Positions 35,401-45,532 of a stretch of DNA of 64,000 nt are shown here, piece after piece. A program made the translations under genes and the position numbers. The stretch lies in the sequence record OW967251.1; one strand, given 5' to 3'. Each line of letters opens with the position of its first letter. The first letter of the stretch is position 1. The DNA is from a plasmid. Below the pieces are notes generated by a model, which saw only the letters and a program-made list of their open reading frames with translations, had not been told where the DNA came from and searched no databases.

Positions 35401-37731
35401 ATGATTTTAAGGTTATATATCATGGAGTTATTGAATTTTTTGGCGGCGATTTTTGTCATTTACTTGTTGTTTTTTAGAAAGAAAAAACGTAAATCTCCAA
35501 AGTCTTATGCTTCAGACCCCGTGAAAGCACCGCCAAAAGAATGGCTCGCTGACATCAAGAAAAAAGAGGCGGTTGTGCGAAACGATGATAGTGAAGACGA
35601 TAACCTTGCAACTTTTACATTGAGCGGTGGCCGGGGTGTTGAACTTCGGGTGACAACCAATCATTACCGCAACACCTCAAAGTCAGCAGGTGCACTAGCT
35701 CGATGGGTACTTCCGGGTGAGATGATAACTGTAGCTGGTGTAGCAATTAGCGGTGGCCACATTTACGTGGGGCAACGTATGAAGCCCTCCGGTCAGGAAT
35801 CAGGCGGCTATTATGACGATGGAAGTGAGGCATCATTAATTGATGACACATGTAAGATAAAACCTACTTCTTATCTTTACGAGGACAGTTCATTAGGATA
35901 CTGGCCCAGTTTTTCCTCTCTTTCCCCAGAAGCACGCGGTGCGTATGTCAGTTGGCTTGCCAGCGATAGGTCTGATCCATCGTGTCCTATCGGCTATGTT
36001 TTTATCTACCTCTACGGCCTGGAAAGAAAAGCGCTCGTAGATTCCACTGACCCAAAATTCCCTGATGCTGAGTTCCGTAATCTGTTCAATGAAGTCGCTC
36101 GGTTAAGATCGATATTCATTGAGAACCGCTCCTTCCGTGGATATTCGACCCAATTACTCGAAGCCATGTCTATTCTGCGCCCGAACATGGGCTTAGCCAC
36201 TGAGCTCGATAGCAATTCAGGTTTCAGCAACAGCATGCAATTTAAGCTGGCTCTTGCAAAAACTGTACATGAAGGAGTTCCTGTATCAGCTGAACTGGCG
36301 TTGAACTGGGTAATAAACCACACCGAGTATTCGCTGCGTACCCCGGCTCGCCGCTGTGCTAAAGAGTTTGCTGCACTTTTCAAACGGCGTTACACCCTCA
36401 AATATGGTGAAGGGATGGTCGTTAAGGCGAATAAAACGCGCCTGAGGTTAGATTACACACCAGCAAGTCCTAGTTTGCGAGGTGTTCGACTTCCTGTTCC
36501 CGACCTGCCTGATCCAAGTGCGTTGAAGAGCCCTGTCCAGAAAATTATGGCTCTTGCCGATATATGTACAGATGAACTTGATGCTTATAGTCGCTACCTT
36601 GGTAGGAAAGGTACGTCAGTCAATGATACGGCTGCAATTATGCTGCTCCCTTCAGAGATAGTTAATGAAAGCGCAGAAAAAATATTAAGCTCATTCAAAC
36701 GCTGGGCTGATGAGGCGATCCTCGTCAAGGAGGGGTTAGTCTCAGTTGCTGACTTTTGGGCACATATGAATGCCAGTTGCCCCAATAAGATCAATAAAAA
36801 AGAGGCCGATTTGATGCAGGCCTTTGCTCTGAAGATGGGTTACGGTCTGGCACCTGACCCGTATTATCACCATGTGAAGGCGGATGTTGATGGGACACTT
36901 GTTCTATTCCCTGCCGCCGAAGGTGGACGCTTCTCACCTTCTCCTGAATTTATCTCAGCCGTAATGACGCTCAGATTAGGGGCGATGGTCGCCTTGATTG
37001 ACGATTCTCTTGATCAAGCTGAACAGAAAGTGCTTGAGAATGCCATCAACAACAATCCTGGCTTCACCGATGATGAAAAACGCTCTCTACATGCGTATTT
37101 AACGTGGCAACTTCATACCCCAGCCAATATGACAGGAATGAAAAGTAGGATTGAGTTGATGGGGGCCGCGGAAAAAGCTGCTGTGGGTAAGGTTATCGTT
37201 AGTGTTGCCTGTTCGGATGGGACAATAGCGCCTGCCGAAATCAAACAGCTTGAGAAGATTTATTCAAGTTTGGGGCTGGATCCCTCATCTGTCTCGAGCA
37301 ATATCCATCAGCATTCCGCAACTGAACATGATCTCGTCTCGTCTGTACCAACTGATCAGCCAGCAGCAGGGTTCACACTGGATGCTAATGTACTTGCCCG
37401 CCACGAATCTGCCACGGATGATGTTCGTAAATTGCTGAACACAATTTTCACCGAAGAAGAACCGGAAGAGCCAGAAAGCGCTCCAGCCTCATCAACGGAG
37501 GCGGGGGGACTTGACTCCGCACATAGCCAGCTTTATCGCAGTTTGCTGGAGAAAGAACAGTGGTCCCGAAAAGAGGCGACAGAATTGTGCGGAAATTTGA
37601 ATTTGATGCTCGGCGGTGCGCTTGAGGTGATCAATGACTGGTCCTATGCGGTGGTTGATGCTCCAGTACTGGACGATGCCGATGATGATATCTGGGTTGA
37701 CCTGGAAATTGCCAAAGAATTAGAGGGATAG
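35401..37731 (+). CDS. SngA-like TerB-N/TerB/TerB-C protein with an N-terminal transmembrane anchor (Shango-like system, gene 1)
   Basis: 776 aa. A hydrophobic helix (LLNFLAAIFVIYLLFF) is followed by RKKKRK. Two central TerB-like repeats are present (GAMVALIDDSLDQAEQKVLE..; VIVSVACSDGTIAPAEIKQLEKIYSSLGLD). The C-terminus matches the TerB-C-like motif (LDSAHSQLYRSLLEKEQWSRKEATELCGNLNLMLGGALEVINDW). An alternative start is M8 at 35422, which has an AAGG RBS. Confidence 0.6.
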   Translation: MILRLYIMELLNFLAAIFVIYLLFFRKKKRKSPKSYASDPVKAPPKEWLADIKKKEAVVRNDDSEDDNLATFTLSGGRGVELRVTTNHYRNTSKSAGALARWVLPGEMITVAGVAISGGHIYVGQRMKPSGQESGGYYDDGSEASLIDDTCKIKPTSYLYEDSSLGYWPSFSSLSPEARGAYVSWLASDRSDPSCPIGYVFIYLYGLERKALVDSTDPKFPDAEFRNLFNEVARLRSIFIENRSFRGYSTQLLEAMSILRPNMGLATELDSNSGFSNSMQFKLALAKTVHEGVPVSAELALNWVINHTEYSLRTPARRCAKEFAALFKRRYTLKYGEGMVVKANKTRLRLDYTPASPSLRGVRLPVPDLPDPSALKSPVQKIMALADICTDELDAYSRYLGRKGTSVNDTAAIMLLPSEIVNESAEKILSSFKRWADEAILVKEGLVSVADFWAHMNASCPNKINKKEADLMQAFALKMGYGLAPDPYYHHVKADVDGTLVLFPAAEGGRFSPSPEFISAVMTLRLGAMVALIDDSLDQAEQKVLENAINNNPGFTDDEKRSLHAYLTWQLHTPANMTGMKSRIELMGAAEKAAVGKVIVSVACSDGTIAPAEIKQLEKIYSSLGLDPSSVSSNIHQHSATEHDLVSSVPTDQPAAGFTLDANVLARHESATDDVRKLLNTIFTEEEPEEPESAPASSTEAGGLDSAHSQLYRSLLEKEQWSRKEATELCGNLNLMLGGALEVINDWSYAVVDAPVLDDADDDIWVDLEIAKELEG

Positions 37732-37734
37732 TGA

Positions 37735-39051
37735 ATGTCTGTAACACGTATAAGAGTGAAAGAACGCGACGCTATTATTCAGTCACTTAAGTCAGGTGTA
37801 ACGCCAAGGATAGGCATTCAGCATATCCAGGTTGGCCGCGTGAATGAGATCACCGCTCTCCATCAGGATATTGAGAGGATTGCTGACGGTGGTGCAAGCT
37901 TCAGACTTATCATCGGTGAATATGGTTCTGGTAAAACGTTCTTTCTGAGTGTTGTGCGCTCTATTGCGCTGGAGAAGAAGTTGGTGTCAGTCAGTGCTGA
38001 CCTTTCTCCTGACAGACGTATTCACTCATCGGGAGGTCAGGCTCGTAATCTTTATTCTGAGCTCATGAAAAACATGTCCACCAGAAACAAGCCGGATGGT
38101 AATGCGTTACTTAGCGTTGTTGAAAGGTTCGTTACGGAGGCAAGGAAGGAAGCTGACACGGACGGCTCCGAGGTTTCATCAGTTATTCATAAACGCCTGG
38201 CAGCACTATCAGATATGGTCGGTGGATATGACTTTGCGAAGGTCATTGATGCATTCTGGCGGGGGCATGAGCAGGATAACGAAACGCTAAAATCCAATGC
38301 CATTCGCTGGTTGCGTGGAGAGTACACTACTAAAACTGATGCCCGTCACGATCTCGACGTTCGGACTATTATCTCAGACGCATCATTCTATGATTCTTTG
38401 AAGCTGATGAGCCTTTTTGTCCGCCAGGCAGGCTATGCCGGTCTTTTGGTCAGCCTCGACGAAATGGTGAACCTCTTGAAGCTGAATAATACGCAAGCAA
38501 GAACAGCGAACTACGAACAGATTTTGCGGATCCTGAATGACTGCCTGCAAGGCTCAGCCGAGAACATTGGTTTTATCCTCGGGGGTACGCCAGAGTTTCT
38601 TTTCGATCCGCGTAAAGGTCTTTACAGCTATGAGGCGCTCCAGTCGCGTCTGGCGGAAAACCGGTTCGCGCAAAAAGCAGGAGTGATTGACTACTCATCC
38701 CCCACTTTGCATCTTGCCAGCCTCACCCCTGAGGAACTGTATATTTTGCTGAGAAATCTTCGTCATGTTTATGCCGGTGGAGATCCAGAGAATTATCTGG
38801 TACCAGATGAGGCACTGACTGGATTCCTGCATCACTGTAGTAAAACCATTGGAGACGCTTACTTCCGTACCCCCCGTAATACCATAAAAGGTTTCCTGGA
38901 CATGCTGGCCGTGCTGGAACAAAACAGAACGATGAACTGGCAAACACTAATCGAGGGTGTGGCGATTGAAGAGGACCGGCCCAGCGATATGGATGACACC
39001 ACTACGGAGGAAAGCGATGACGACGACGGACTGGCGAACTTCAAACTATGA
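37735..39051 (+). CDS. SngB-like P-loop ATPase (DUF2791/BrxD-like), Shango-like system gene 2
   Basis: 438 aa. Walker A is GEYGSGKTF and Walker B is LLVSLDEMV. The C-terminal tail is acidic. The start lies 4 nt after the gene 1 stop. Confidence 0.6.
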   Translation: MSVTRIRVKERDAIIQSLKSGVTPRIGIQHIQVGRVNEITALHQDIERIADGGASFRLIIGEYGSGKTFFLSVVRSIALEKKLVSVSADLSPDRRIHSSGGQARNLYSELMKNMSTRNKPDGNALLSVVERFVTEARKEADTDGSEVSSVIHKRLAALSDMVGGYDFAKVIDAFWRGHEQDNETLKSNAIRWLRGEYTTKTDARHDLDVRTIISDASFYDSLKLMSLFVRQAGYAGLLVSLDEMVNLLKLNNTQARTANYEQILRILNDCLQGSAENIGFILGGTPEFLFDPRKGLYSYEALQSRLAENRFAQKAGVIDYSSPTLHLASLTPEELYILLRNLRHVYAGGDPENYLVPDEALTGFLHHCSKTIGDAYFRTPRNTIKGFLDMLAVLEQNRTMNWQTLIEGVAIEEDRPSDMDDTTTEESDDDDGLANFKL

Positions 39052-41243
39052 GCAGTGCCTACGATAGCCTCGATCCCCGCGTCCGTAAGTGGGTTTACAA
39101 GCAGGGGTGGTCGACATTAAGGCCCTTGCAGGAGAGTTCTATCCCGGCAATTTTAGCCCGTGATCGAGACGTGCTAATCAGTGCAGGTACAGCAGCGGGT
39201 AAAACAGAGGCTTTCTTTCTTCCTGCCTGTTCGGCAGTTGCAGATCTCACGAATGGATTTGGCATCGTCTATATCAGTCCGTTGAAGGCATTGATTAACG
39301 ATCAGTACCGTCGTCTTGGGAGCCTTGGAGATGCATTGGAAATGCCAGTGACTCCCTGGCACGGGGATGTACCACAAAGCAAAAAGAAGAAGGCTCGGAC
39401 GAACCCTGCTGGCATTTTACTGATTACACCTGAGTCACTTGAGTCTTTGCTCATAAATTCAATGGGCTGGCTCAAACAGGCGTTTTCTTCAGTCGCATAC
39501 ATCGTTATTGATGAGTTTCATGCTTTTATTGGTTCAGAGCGTGGTGTACAGCTGCTTTCTCTGCTCAATAGAATTGACCATGTGCTAGGATGCCAGGTAA
39601 ATCCAATTCCCCGCGTTGCGTTGAGTGCCACGCTGGGGGAACTGGAGAAAGTGCCCGAAATGTTGCGCCCGGACAAACGACTCCCCTGCGTAACTGTTAC
39701 AGATAGTAATAGCATGGCCACTCTTCAGGTACAGGTCAAAGGGTACCTGGAGCGAGTGATCCAAAATGAGGAAGAACTTCAGAGTTCAGCTGAACATGAC
39801 GTTTGCGCTGACATTTTTAGACTTTGCCGTGGCGATTCTCATTTGGTCTTTGCAAACAGCCGAAAACGCACTGAAAGCATTGCGGCAACGCTGAGCGACA
39901 TGTGTGAGGAACAAATTGTTCCGAATGAATTTTTCCCCCACCATGGTTCCCTTGCCAAGGAATTACGTGAGGTGCTTGAATCTCGTCTTCAGAAAGGAAA
40001 TTTGCCCACAACAGCTGTTTGTACAATGACGCTTGAGTTGGGAATTGATATCGGTAAGGTTAAATCGGTTATCCAAGTTACGCCTCCGCATTCTGTTTCC
40101 AGTTTGCGCCAGCGAATGGGGCGTTCTGGGCGACGCGATTCCCCGTCAGTACTCAGAATGCTAATTACAGAAAATGAGCTTACTGTGAGTAGCAGTATCG
40201 TTGATCACCTACGACTCCAGTTGGTGCAGTCGATGGCAATGATCAGGTTGATGATCTCTAAACAATGGTTTGAGCCTGCCGATTCCCGGCAGATGCATTA
40301 CTCCACGCTGCTACACCAGATTCTTGCAATTACCGCACAATGGGGTGGAGTTCGTGCCGACCAGCTCTGGTCACAACTATGCCAGACAGGGCCGTTCAGA
40401 AATGTAGATTTAAACGATTTCAAAAGCCTGCTTAAACATATGGGAGCATGTGGCCTACTCACTCAACTTGCTAGCGGCGAAATGGTTGTTGGGGCAGAGG
40501 GGGAGAAACTGACTAACCATTACACTTTTTATGCCGTGTTCAATACACCAGAAGAGTTCCGCATTATCACCGGAAACAGAACCCTTGGAACAGTGCCTGT
40601 GGACTCCCCACTGCTACCAGACCAACACATCATCTTCGGTGGGCGGCGCTGGAAAGTGACAGAGATCGAGACAGAGAAAAAAGTTATCTATGTAGAGGCA
40701 ACCAAAGGCGGTCAGCCACCACAATTTAGTGGGGGAGGTATGTCTGTTCATGATGCCGTTCGTCAGGAAATGCTCGCTATCTATAGGGAAGGTGATTACC
40801 GCATAGCAATAGGTAGCAAGAAAGTAGATTATGCCGATACTGCCGCCAGAAACCTATTTGCGGAAGGCTGTAGTAACTTTCAGCGTTTTAAACTTCAAAA
40901 TGAGTGTTTTATTACGAGTGGACAACACTGTTACGTAATACCCTGGATGGGGGATAAAGTTGTCAATACGATTACAGCCTTGCTCATACGTTGTGGTTTT
41001 AAAGCAAATTCATTTGCTGGCGTTATAGAAATCGATAACTCCAGTGTAGCTTCCGTTCAGCACGCGCTGAAAGAAATGCTGTTGTCAGGCTTGCCATCTG
41101 CATTTGATCTTGCCACAGATGTTCCAGAAAAGTACTTAGATAAATATGACGAGTATTTACCAGAGTCCCTTCTTGCGAAAGGGTATGGTGCAAAGGCGTA
41201 TGAAACAGAAGGTACGCGCATCTGGTTGCAGAAACATCTTTAG
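39048..41243 (+). CDS. SngC-like superfamily-2 DEAD/DEAH-box helicase (Lhr/BrxHI-like), Shango-like system gene 3
   Basis: 731 aa. Motif I is AGTAAGKTEAF, motif II is VIDEFH, the SAT-like motif is LSATLG, and motif VI is QRMGRSGRR. The start overlaps the gene 2 stop as ATGA. Confidence 0.65.
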   Translation: MSSAYDSLDPRVRKWVYKQGWSTLRPLQESSIPAILARDRDVLISAGTAAGKTEAFFLPACSAVADLTNGFGIVYISPLKALINDQYRRLGSLGDALEMPVTPWHGDVPQSKKKKARTNPAGILLITPESLESLLINSMGWLKQAFSSVAYIVIDEFHAFIGSERGVQLLSLLNRIDHVLGCQVNPIPRVALSATLGELEKVPEMLRPDKRLPCVTVTDSNSMATLQVQVKGYLERVIQNEEELQSSAEHDVCADIFRLCRGDSHLVFANSRKRTESIAATLSDMCEEQIVPNEFFPHHGSLAKELREVLESRLQKGNLPTTAVCTMTLELGIDIGKVKSVIQVTPPHSVSSLRQRMGRSGRRDSPSVLRMLITENELTVSSSIVDHLRLQLVQSMAMIRLMISKQWFEPADSRQMHYSTLLHQILAITAQWGGVRADQLWSQLCQTGPFRNVDLNDFKSLLKHMGACGLLTQLASGEMVVGAEGEKLTNHYTFYAVFNTPEEFRIITGNRTLGTVPVDSPLLPDQHIIFGGRRWKVTEIETEKKVIYVEATKGGQPPQFSGGGMSVHDAVRQEMLAIYREGDYRIAIGSKKVDYADTAARNLFAEGCSNFQRFKLQNECFITSGQHCYVIPWMGDKVVNTITALLIRCGFKANSFAGVIEIDNSSVASVQHALKEMLLSGLPSAFDLATDVPEKYLDKYDEYLPESLLAKGYGAKAYETEGTRIWLQKHL

Positions 41244-41265
41244 TAATCTGGATATGTAATCAGGG

Positions 41266-41308
41266 TATAAATAAGACATATATACCCTGAATTTTTTATT
41301 TCCCTGTA
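41266..41308. terminator. Bidirectional intrinsic terminator after the helicase gene
   Basis: cagggtataaataagacatatataccctg forms a stem, followed by aatttttt. Confidence 0.55.
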
Positions 41309-41424
41309 GATTTACTAGGCTTTAGTCCCGGGGTATTACCAGGAGTATCTTTATTATCACGTCGACGTTGATCCGGTTTTCCTGTCGATTTAGCAATTGG
41401 TTTTGGACCAGGTTTAAGACCCAT
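41296..41424 (-). CDS. Small Lys/Pro/Gly-rich ORF (42 aa), convergent with the Shango-like operon
   Basis: MGLKPGPKPIAKSTGKPDQRRRDNKDTPGNTPGLKPSKSTGK, with a good RBS (aaaggataac-N4-ATG). It falls below the ORF-track cut-off, and its function is unknown. Confidence 0.25.
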   Translation of the reverse strand: MGLKPGPKPIAKSTGKPDQRRRDNKDTPGNTPGLKPSKSTGK

Positions 41425-41535
41425 GATAGTTATCCTTTAGAGGTGTAAGAGGGAAGCCTCAACAATGATATATTGGATAATGTGAAATTTTTCAATGGGA
41501 GCGATCAACATATCCAATGATTAACTCGATATTGT

Positions 41536-41895
41536 GAACAGTGTCCGCTTCTGGCACAAAGCAGACGTTAAGACTTACAGCATCGGGAAACTTCTGGATG
41601 CCGCGTCAGCGGCATGGAGGCGCCAGATGAGGTTACATGTGTCTGTGGAGTCAAATGGCGCCGAAAGCCCGGCGTAGCCGGTTACCTGGCTATAAACTCT
41701 GCCACCCTACCCCCTGCCCTGATTAGCCTTAACCATCTAACAGCAATGAAGAAGTCAAAGTAATCCCTTTTAACCCCGGTGAGCGGGCTTTACGGCGTTT
41801 ACGACGTAAAGGGCGTGATTTCCGGGGCCTTAGCGGCGGCAGCTTGCTGCTGACGCTTAGGGGGATGTTCATCAACTATTTCAGCGACACCAGGG
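41536..41895. repeat. Copy 2 of the ~340-360 bp non-coding segment, intact and continuous with the IncFII ori-distal region
   Basis: Near-identical to 3395-3752, in direct orientation. Confidence 0.7.
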
Positions 41896-42059
41896 AACTT
41901 AACACGGTAGCTGCAAAGCCATACCCGCTTAAAACAGCTCAGACGCCTCTGTACGCGGTCGGAGTGGTCCCGACAAGGCGACAGCCGCAGTCGGGGCGTA
42001 TCTCCGCGTTAGCGGGCCGCAGGGCCGCTTACGAGCGTGTACTAAACAACTGACCACAG

Positions 42060-42689
42060 CACCACCCACAGCGATGAAGAAGAATAGTTACAACACCCAT
42101 CATTAAAAGCGACACTACTCCCGGCCTTCGGCCGGGGGCGGCGGCGCTTTTCAGTGGTGGGGAGGGGCTCCCGGCTGGCAAACCGGCGCCGGTTTTATGA
42201 CGGATTTCCTTTTGAATGCTGTAACTAATGTGGTTCTCCGGTCGGGGCCCGTCGCGCAGCGATGGGAGCTCTCTCTGATGTTGCCGAACCGGCGCGACCG
42301 TCAGGTCGCTGCAAGGGCGGGCACTCTCCGCAGCCTGTCCACAGGGCAGGCGATGAACAGGTTATGTGTTTACAGGATTTATTAAAGGATCTTTAAAAGA
42401 GATACAGAGCTGGTGTTTAAAAGGAACCACGCGCCCTGAAAGTCCGACGGCATGTGCTTTGTACGTATCACGGTTGTAGCCTAATGAAATACTCCCTTGC
42501 AGTTATATGTGGATAACAGAAATCGGCCGTCAGAAGTGACGCCGGCGATAACATTTAAGGCCACGTTGACGCAAGGAAGACCGGAATTATGGTGAGGAAA
42601 GCAGGCCTGAAGATAAGATAATACGTAGTAGCCGGCCAACAGGCGTGCGAAAGCCTCCGGCGCCGGCCGGATTTTTTAAGGAAGGAATG
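42060..42689 (-). other. IncFII oriR region downstream of repA1 (approximate)
   Basis: Its position relative to repA1 matches the R1/R100 organisation. Boundaries were not determined. Confidence 0.4.
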
Positions 42690-43547
42690 TTATAGGGGGA
42701 CAGTGGCCAGTCGCGTGTAGTTGTTCCCGCGCGACAGCAGCATGCGCTCCTGCACACGGCGCTCAACCTCACGCTTCAGCGCTTCTTTATCGCCCATGAA
42801 GCGGCCGGTGGCGTATTCGCGGGTCAGTTGCTGACGCACGCGCGTCTCGATGTCATGACGCTGCCGTGATGCATCCCGCCGTGCAGTATCCCGCTTACGG
42901 CCGTGAGATTTACGCTCAGCCTGATAGCTGCGAAAACGCTCACGCACAAACCGCCACGCTTTTGCGATCAGTTCGTCCATCTCCAGGGGTTTCAGTTTCT
43001 GCTTTTTGCGCTGCAGGTTTTCCCACTCCACACGGCTGCGGCGCGCGGCCACCACAGCCACCTCAGAAACGTCAAGCGCGGAAAACAGAGCCGGGGTGAA
43101 GGTGATATCGGTCGGGATGTTACAGCCGATCTGCGGGTCATATTCAGTCTGATAGGTGATGAGCCCCAGCTCGGCCAGAAACTTCAGCGCCCGGGTGGCA
43201 CGGCTGACTGACAGGTTGCCGCTCCTGGACTCGGTGGCCAGTCCACACTCGATGGCCATATTGGTAATCGAGCGCTGCACGCGATTGGCCAGCGGATCAT
43301 AGTGAAAACACATTGCCTGCAGTAGCGCGTCAATTGCACGCCGGCGCAACAGGGGTGGCATCCTGTGCCGCTTACCCAGCGAACGCAAAAACGCCACATG
43401 AATGGAAAAATCAAAACGGGACGTGAAGCCTTCGGCTTTCGCCATCAGCTTACGGCAGAACGGCAGGGTCTTTTTCCCTTCACGCGGCGTGAATACCGGA
43501 TTCGGGTTTTTAACCTGTGAATAGTGGTTTTGAAGGATATCAGTCAC
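42690..43547 (-). CDS. repA: IncFII replication initiator RepA1
   Basis: 285 aa. Extended blocks recalled from R100/R1 RepA1 are present ([11 protein letters not shown]..., [86 protein letters not shown]). Confidence 0.9.
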   Translation of the reverse strand: MTDILQNHYSQVKNPNPVFTPREGKKTLPFCRKLMAKAEGFTSRFDFSIHVAFLRSLGKRHRMPPLLRRRAIDALLQAMCFHYDPLANRVQRSITNMAIECGLATESRSGNLSVSRATRALKFLAELGLITYQTEYDPQIGCNIPTDITFTPALFSALDVSEVAVVAARRSRVEWENLQRKKQKLKPLEMDELIAKAWRFVRERFRSYQAERKSHGRKRDTARRDASRQRHDIETRVRQQLTREYATGRFMGDKEALKREVERRVQERMLLSRGNNYTRLATVPL

Positions 43548-43559
43548 CGCTTCCTGCGC

Positions 43560-43800
43560 TTATGTTGCACGGAAGGAGCGAATGACACAGAAACTGATCT
43601 TGAAGTTTTCTGAGCATGTACATATACTCCCCGCATAGAGCAACACGTTCTATGCAGTTTATGAAGGCCCCGTTAATCTTTTCCTTCCGCCAAGATTGAA
43701 GAAGATTATCGGGGTTTTTGCTTTTCTGGTCCCGGGTAGATACCTCATCAGAACCAGTTCCCTGCCACCTTAGGGCGTGGCACACCCAAAATTATTCAGA
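43560..43800. ncRNA. copA: repA leader / tap region expected to encode the CopA antisense RNA on the plus strand (approximate)
   Basis: Inferred from the conserved IncFII arrangement copB - copA/tap - repA1. Exact RNA ends were not determined from sequence. Confidence 0.35.
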
Positions 43801-43833
43801 CCATCAACAATCTAGCACTCAATAAAAACATGA

Positions 43834-44112
43834 TCAAGAATGTGAAGTCTTTACATCTATAAGACCACGTTCTGTAAGCTCTCGCTCGAGGAGTTTCTCG
43901 ATAAACTGGGCTTGTGTCAGACCTTCTTCCTCACAAACCGCTATCATCACGTCCTTTAGTGGGTTTTTAACAAAAACCTTAACTTCTTTATGAGTTTCGC
44001 GTTTCCGCGCAATTGCAGCAAGCTGCCTCTCACTGGCAGACATTGGCTTACCTTTCCGGTATGCACGTTTTGCATTCGTAGAGGAAGTGGTTTTATCTGC
44101 TGAACGTGACAT
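43834..44112 (-). CDS. repA2: IncFII copy-number repressor RepA2 (CopB)
   Basis: 92 aa basic protein ([39 protein letters not shown]...) typical of CopB. Confidence 0.85.
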   Translation of the reverse strand: MSRSADKTTSSTNAKRAYRKGKPMSASERQLAAIARKRETHKEVKVFVKNPLKDVMIAVCEEEGLTQAQFIEKLLERELTERGLIDVKTSHS

Positions 44113-44432
44113 TTATCGCTCTCCTGACACCTCAGAAATGTCTTCGGAACGGAGGATACTACAGAACTCTCAGATCCTGCAAATCAATAACTTACTTTCA
44201 ATTTGCAAGAGATCCTTTCTAAAATTGTAATTTGTATTGGCGTACAAATTTCAACTGAATGAGATGCCTATGTCCTCTTTTAAGAGAGTGGGATAGTAGC
44301 CCCATCCTGAACTAAAAGTGAGTACCTTCAGGGGCAAGGCTTAAGAGATAAGATACGAGCGACGGGCGGACCAGGCGCTTTAGCATGGACGTAAGTAAAC
44401 CGTATTGATGCTCGTTTTATGTCTGAGGAGCA

Positions 44433-44993
44433 TTAATAAGCCCGTTTCCAGTCCGTACCCTGCGACCAGCGAGTCAACCAGTGCTGCAGATAGCGTTGAG
44501 CAACGACTGGATCATCCCATACGACAAGCACGTTCTCTGAATTTACCCGATCAGCGGCGCGGGTGTAGTTAAAAGACCCGACTTCAATATTGCGGCCGTC
44601 GGCAATGATGACTTTGTCGTGCATGATTTTGTACTGCGACACTGTGCGAACCGGGATGCCGGCATTGACCAGAAGATTCATGGCCGCCAGGCTCGCCTGG
44701 TTTTGCTTGCCGGTATTGGCTTTCCAGTCCAGAACCACTTTCACATCGACACCACGCCGCTTTGCCCTGACAAGCGCACCGGCGACTTCAGGCGAGGTAA
44801 AGGAATACCCCATCAGTCGGATTTCCTGCTGCGCAGAATCAATAGTCTTCAGGACCAACTGCAGAGCCGTTCCTTCCGGAGAATATCCCGTCTCGATGCT
44901 GGCGGCATACACGGCCGGAACAGGTGCACACAAAGCCAGGCTGATAAGCCCCGACAGACAACATTTGTGGAGTGTACGGTTCATTTTTTTCAC
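44433..44993 (-). CDS. nuc: Periplasmic phospholipase-D family endonuclease Nuc
   Basis: 186 aa with a signal peptide and the HKD motif (IMHDKVIIADG). Confidence 0.85.
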   Translation of the reverse strand: MKKMNRTLHKCCLSGLISLALCAPVPAVYAASIETGYSPEGTALQLVLKTIDSAQQEIRLMGYSFTSPEVAGALVRAKRRGVDVKVVLDWKANTGKQNQASLAAMNLLVNAGIPVRTVSQYKIMHDKVIIADGRNIEVGSFNYTRAADRVNSENVLVVWDDPVVAQRYLQHWLTRWSQGTDWKRAY

Positions 44994-45252
44994 AGTATTT
45001 CCTTAACGGGTGTTTAAGAAACGCCGGGAGCGGGGGAAACTGGCTTTTCCCCGTTCCCGGGGTTGGACAACGACGCCATGCGGAGGCGTCAGGATTTTGT
45101 GGTATGCCGAAACCAGTAGCAGACGGGTCCGTCGCCGGTATCGTGGACAGAGCCCAGAAACCATCCATCATGGGGTCAGTTTGGAGACAGGAAAAAATAA
45201 TGGATATCTAGTAATTATTCTTCAAATCCAGAGTTAAAAATGTGCGGATTCA

Positions 45253-45531
45253 TCACCTGAACCCGCACATCCAATCACGATTTTTAAAACCTGGCTTACC
45301 GTTAGCAGCTCGCCATTCCTTTACGGTTTTAACAATTCCTTTCGCCGAAGAATCTTCGCCTACCTTAGGCTTGAAGATGAGGTTCCAACCAGCAGGATGC
45401 TCTGTTAGTTGGGCGAACGAATAAATAGCATCATCGTTCTCTTTGTCAGTTGGAAAATCAGCAGCGATTATTTTACTAACAAAAGCAGTAAATTCTTCTT
45501 CCGTAAAATCTGAAATTTTATTACCAGCCAT
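45253..45531 (-). CDS. Colicin E9/klebicin-type DNase immunity protein
   Basis: The 92 aa protein has extended blocks matching Im7/Im9 (ISDFTEEEF...LTEHPAGWNLIF...GIVKTVKEWRAANGKPGFK). The start overlaps the bacteriocin stop. Confidence 0.85.
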   Translation of the reverse strand: MAGNKISDFTEEEFTAFVSKIIAADFPTDKENDDAIYSFAQLTEHPAGWNLIFKPKVGEDSSAKGIVKTVKEWRAANGKPGFKNRDWMCGFR

Positions 45532-45532
45532 T

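Noticed and set aside
44839-45237. Candidate bacteriocin lysis (BRP) gene downstream of the immunity gene
   Set aside because: Six-frame reading of this stretch shows only ORFs that overlap the nuc 5' end or lack a lipobox or signal sequence. None resembles the ~45-50 aa BRP lipoproteins.
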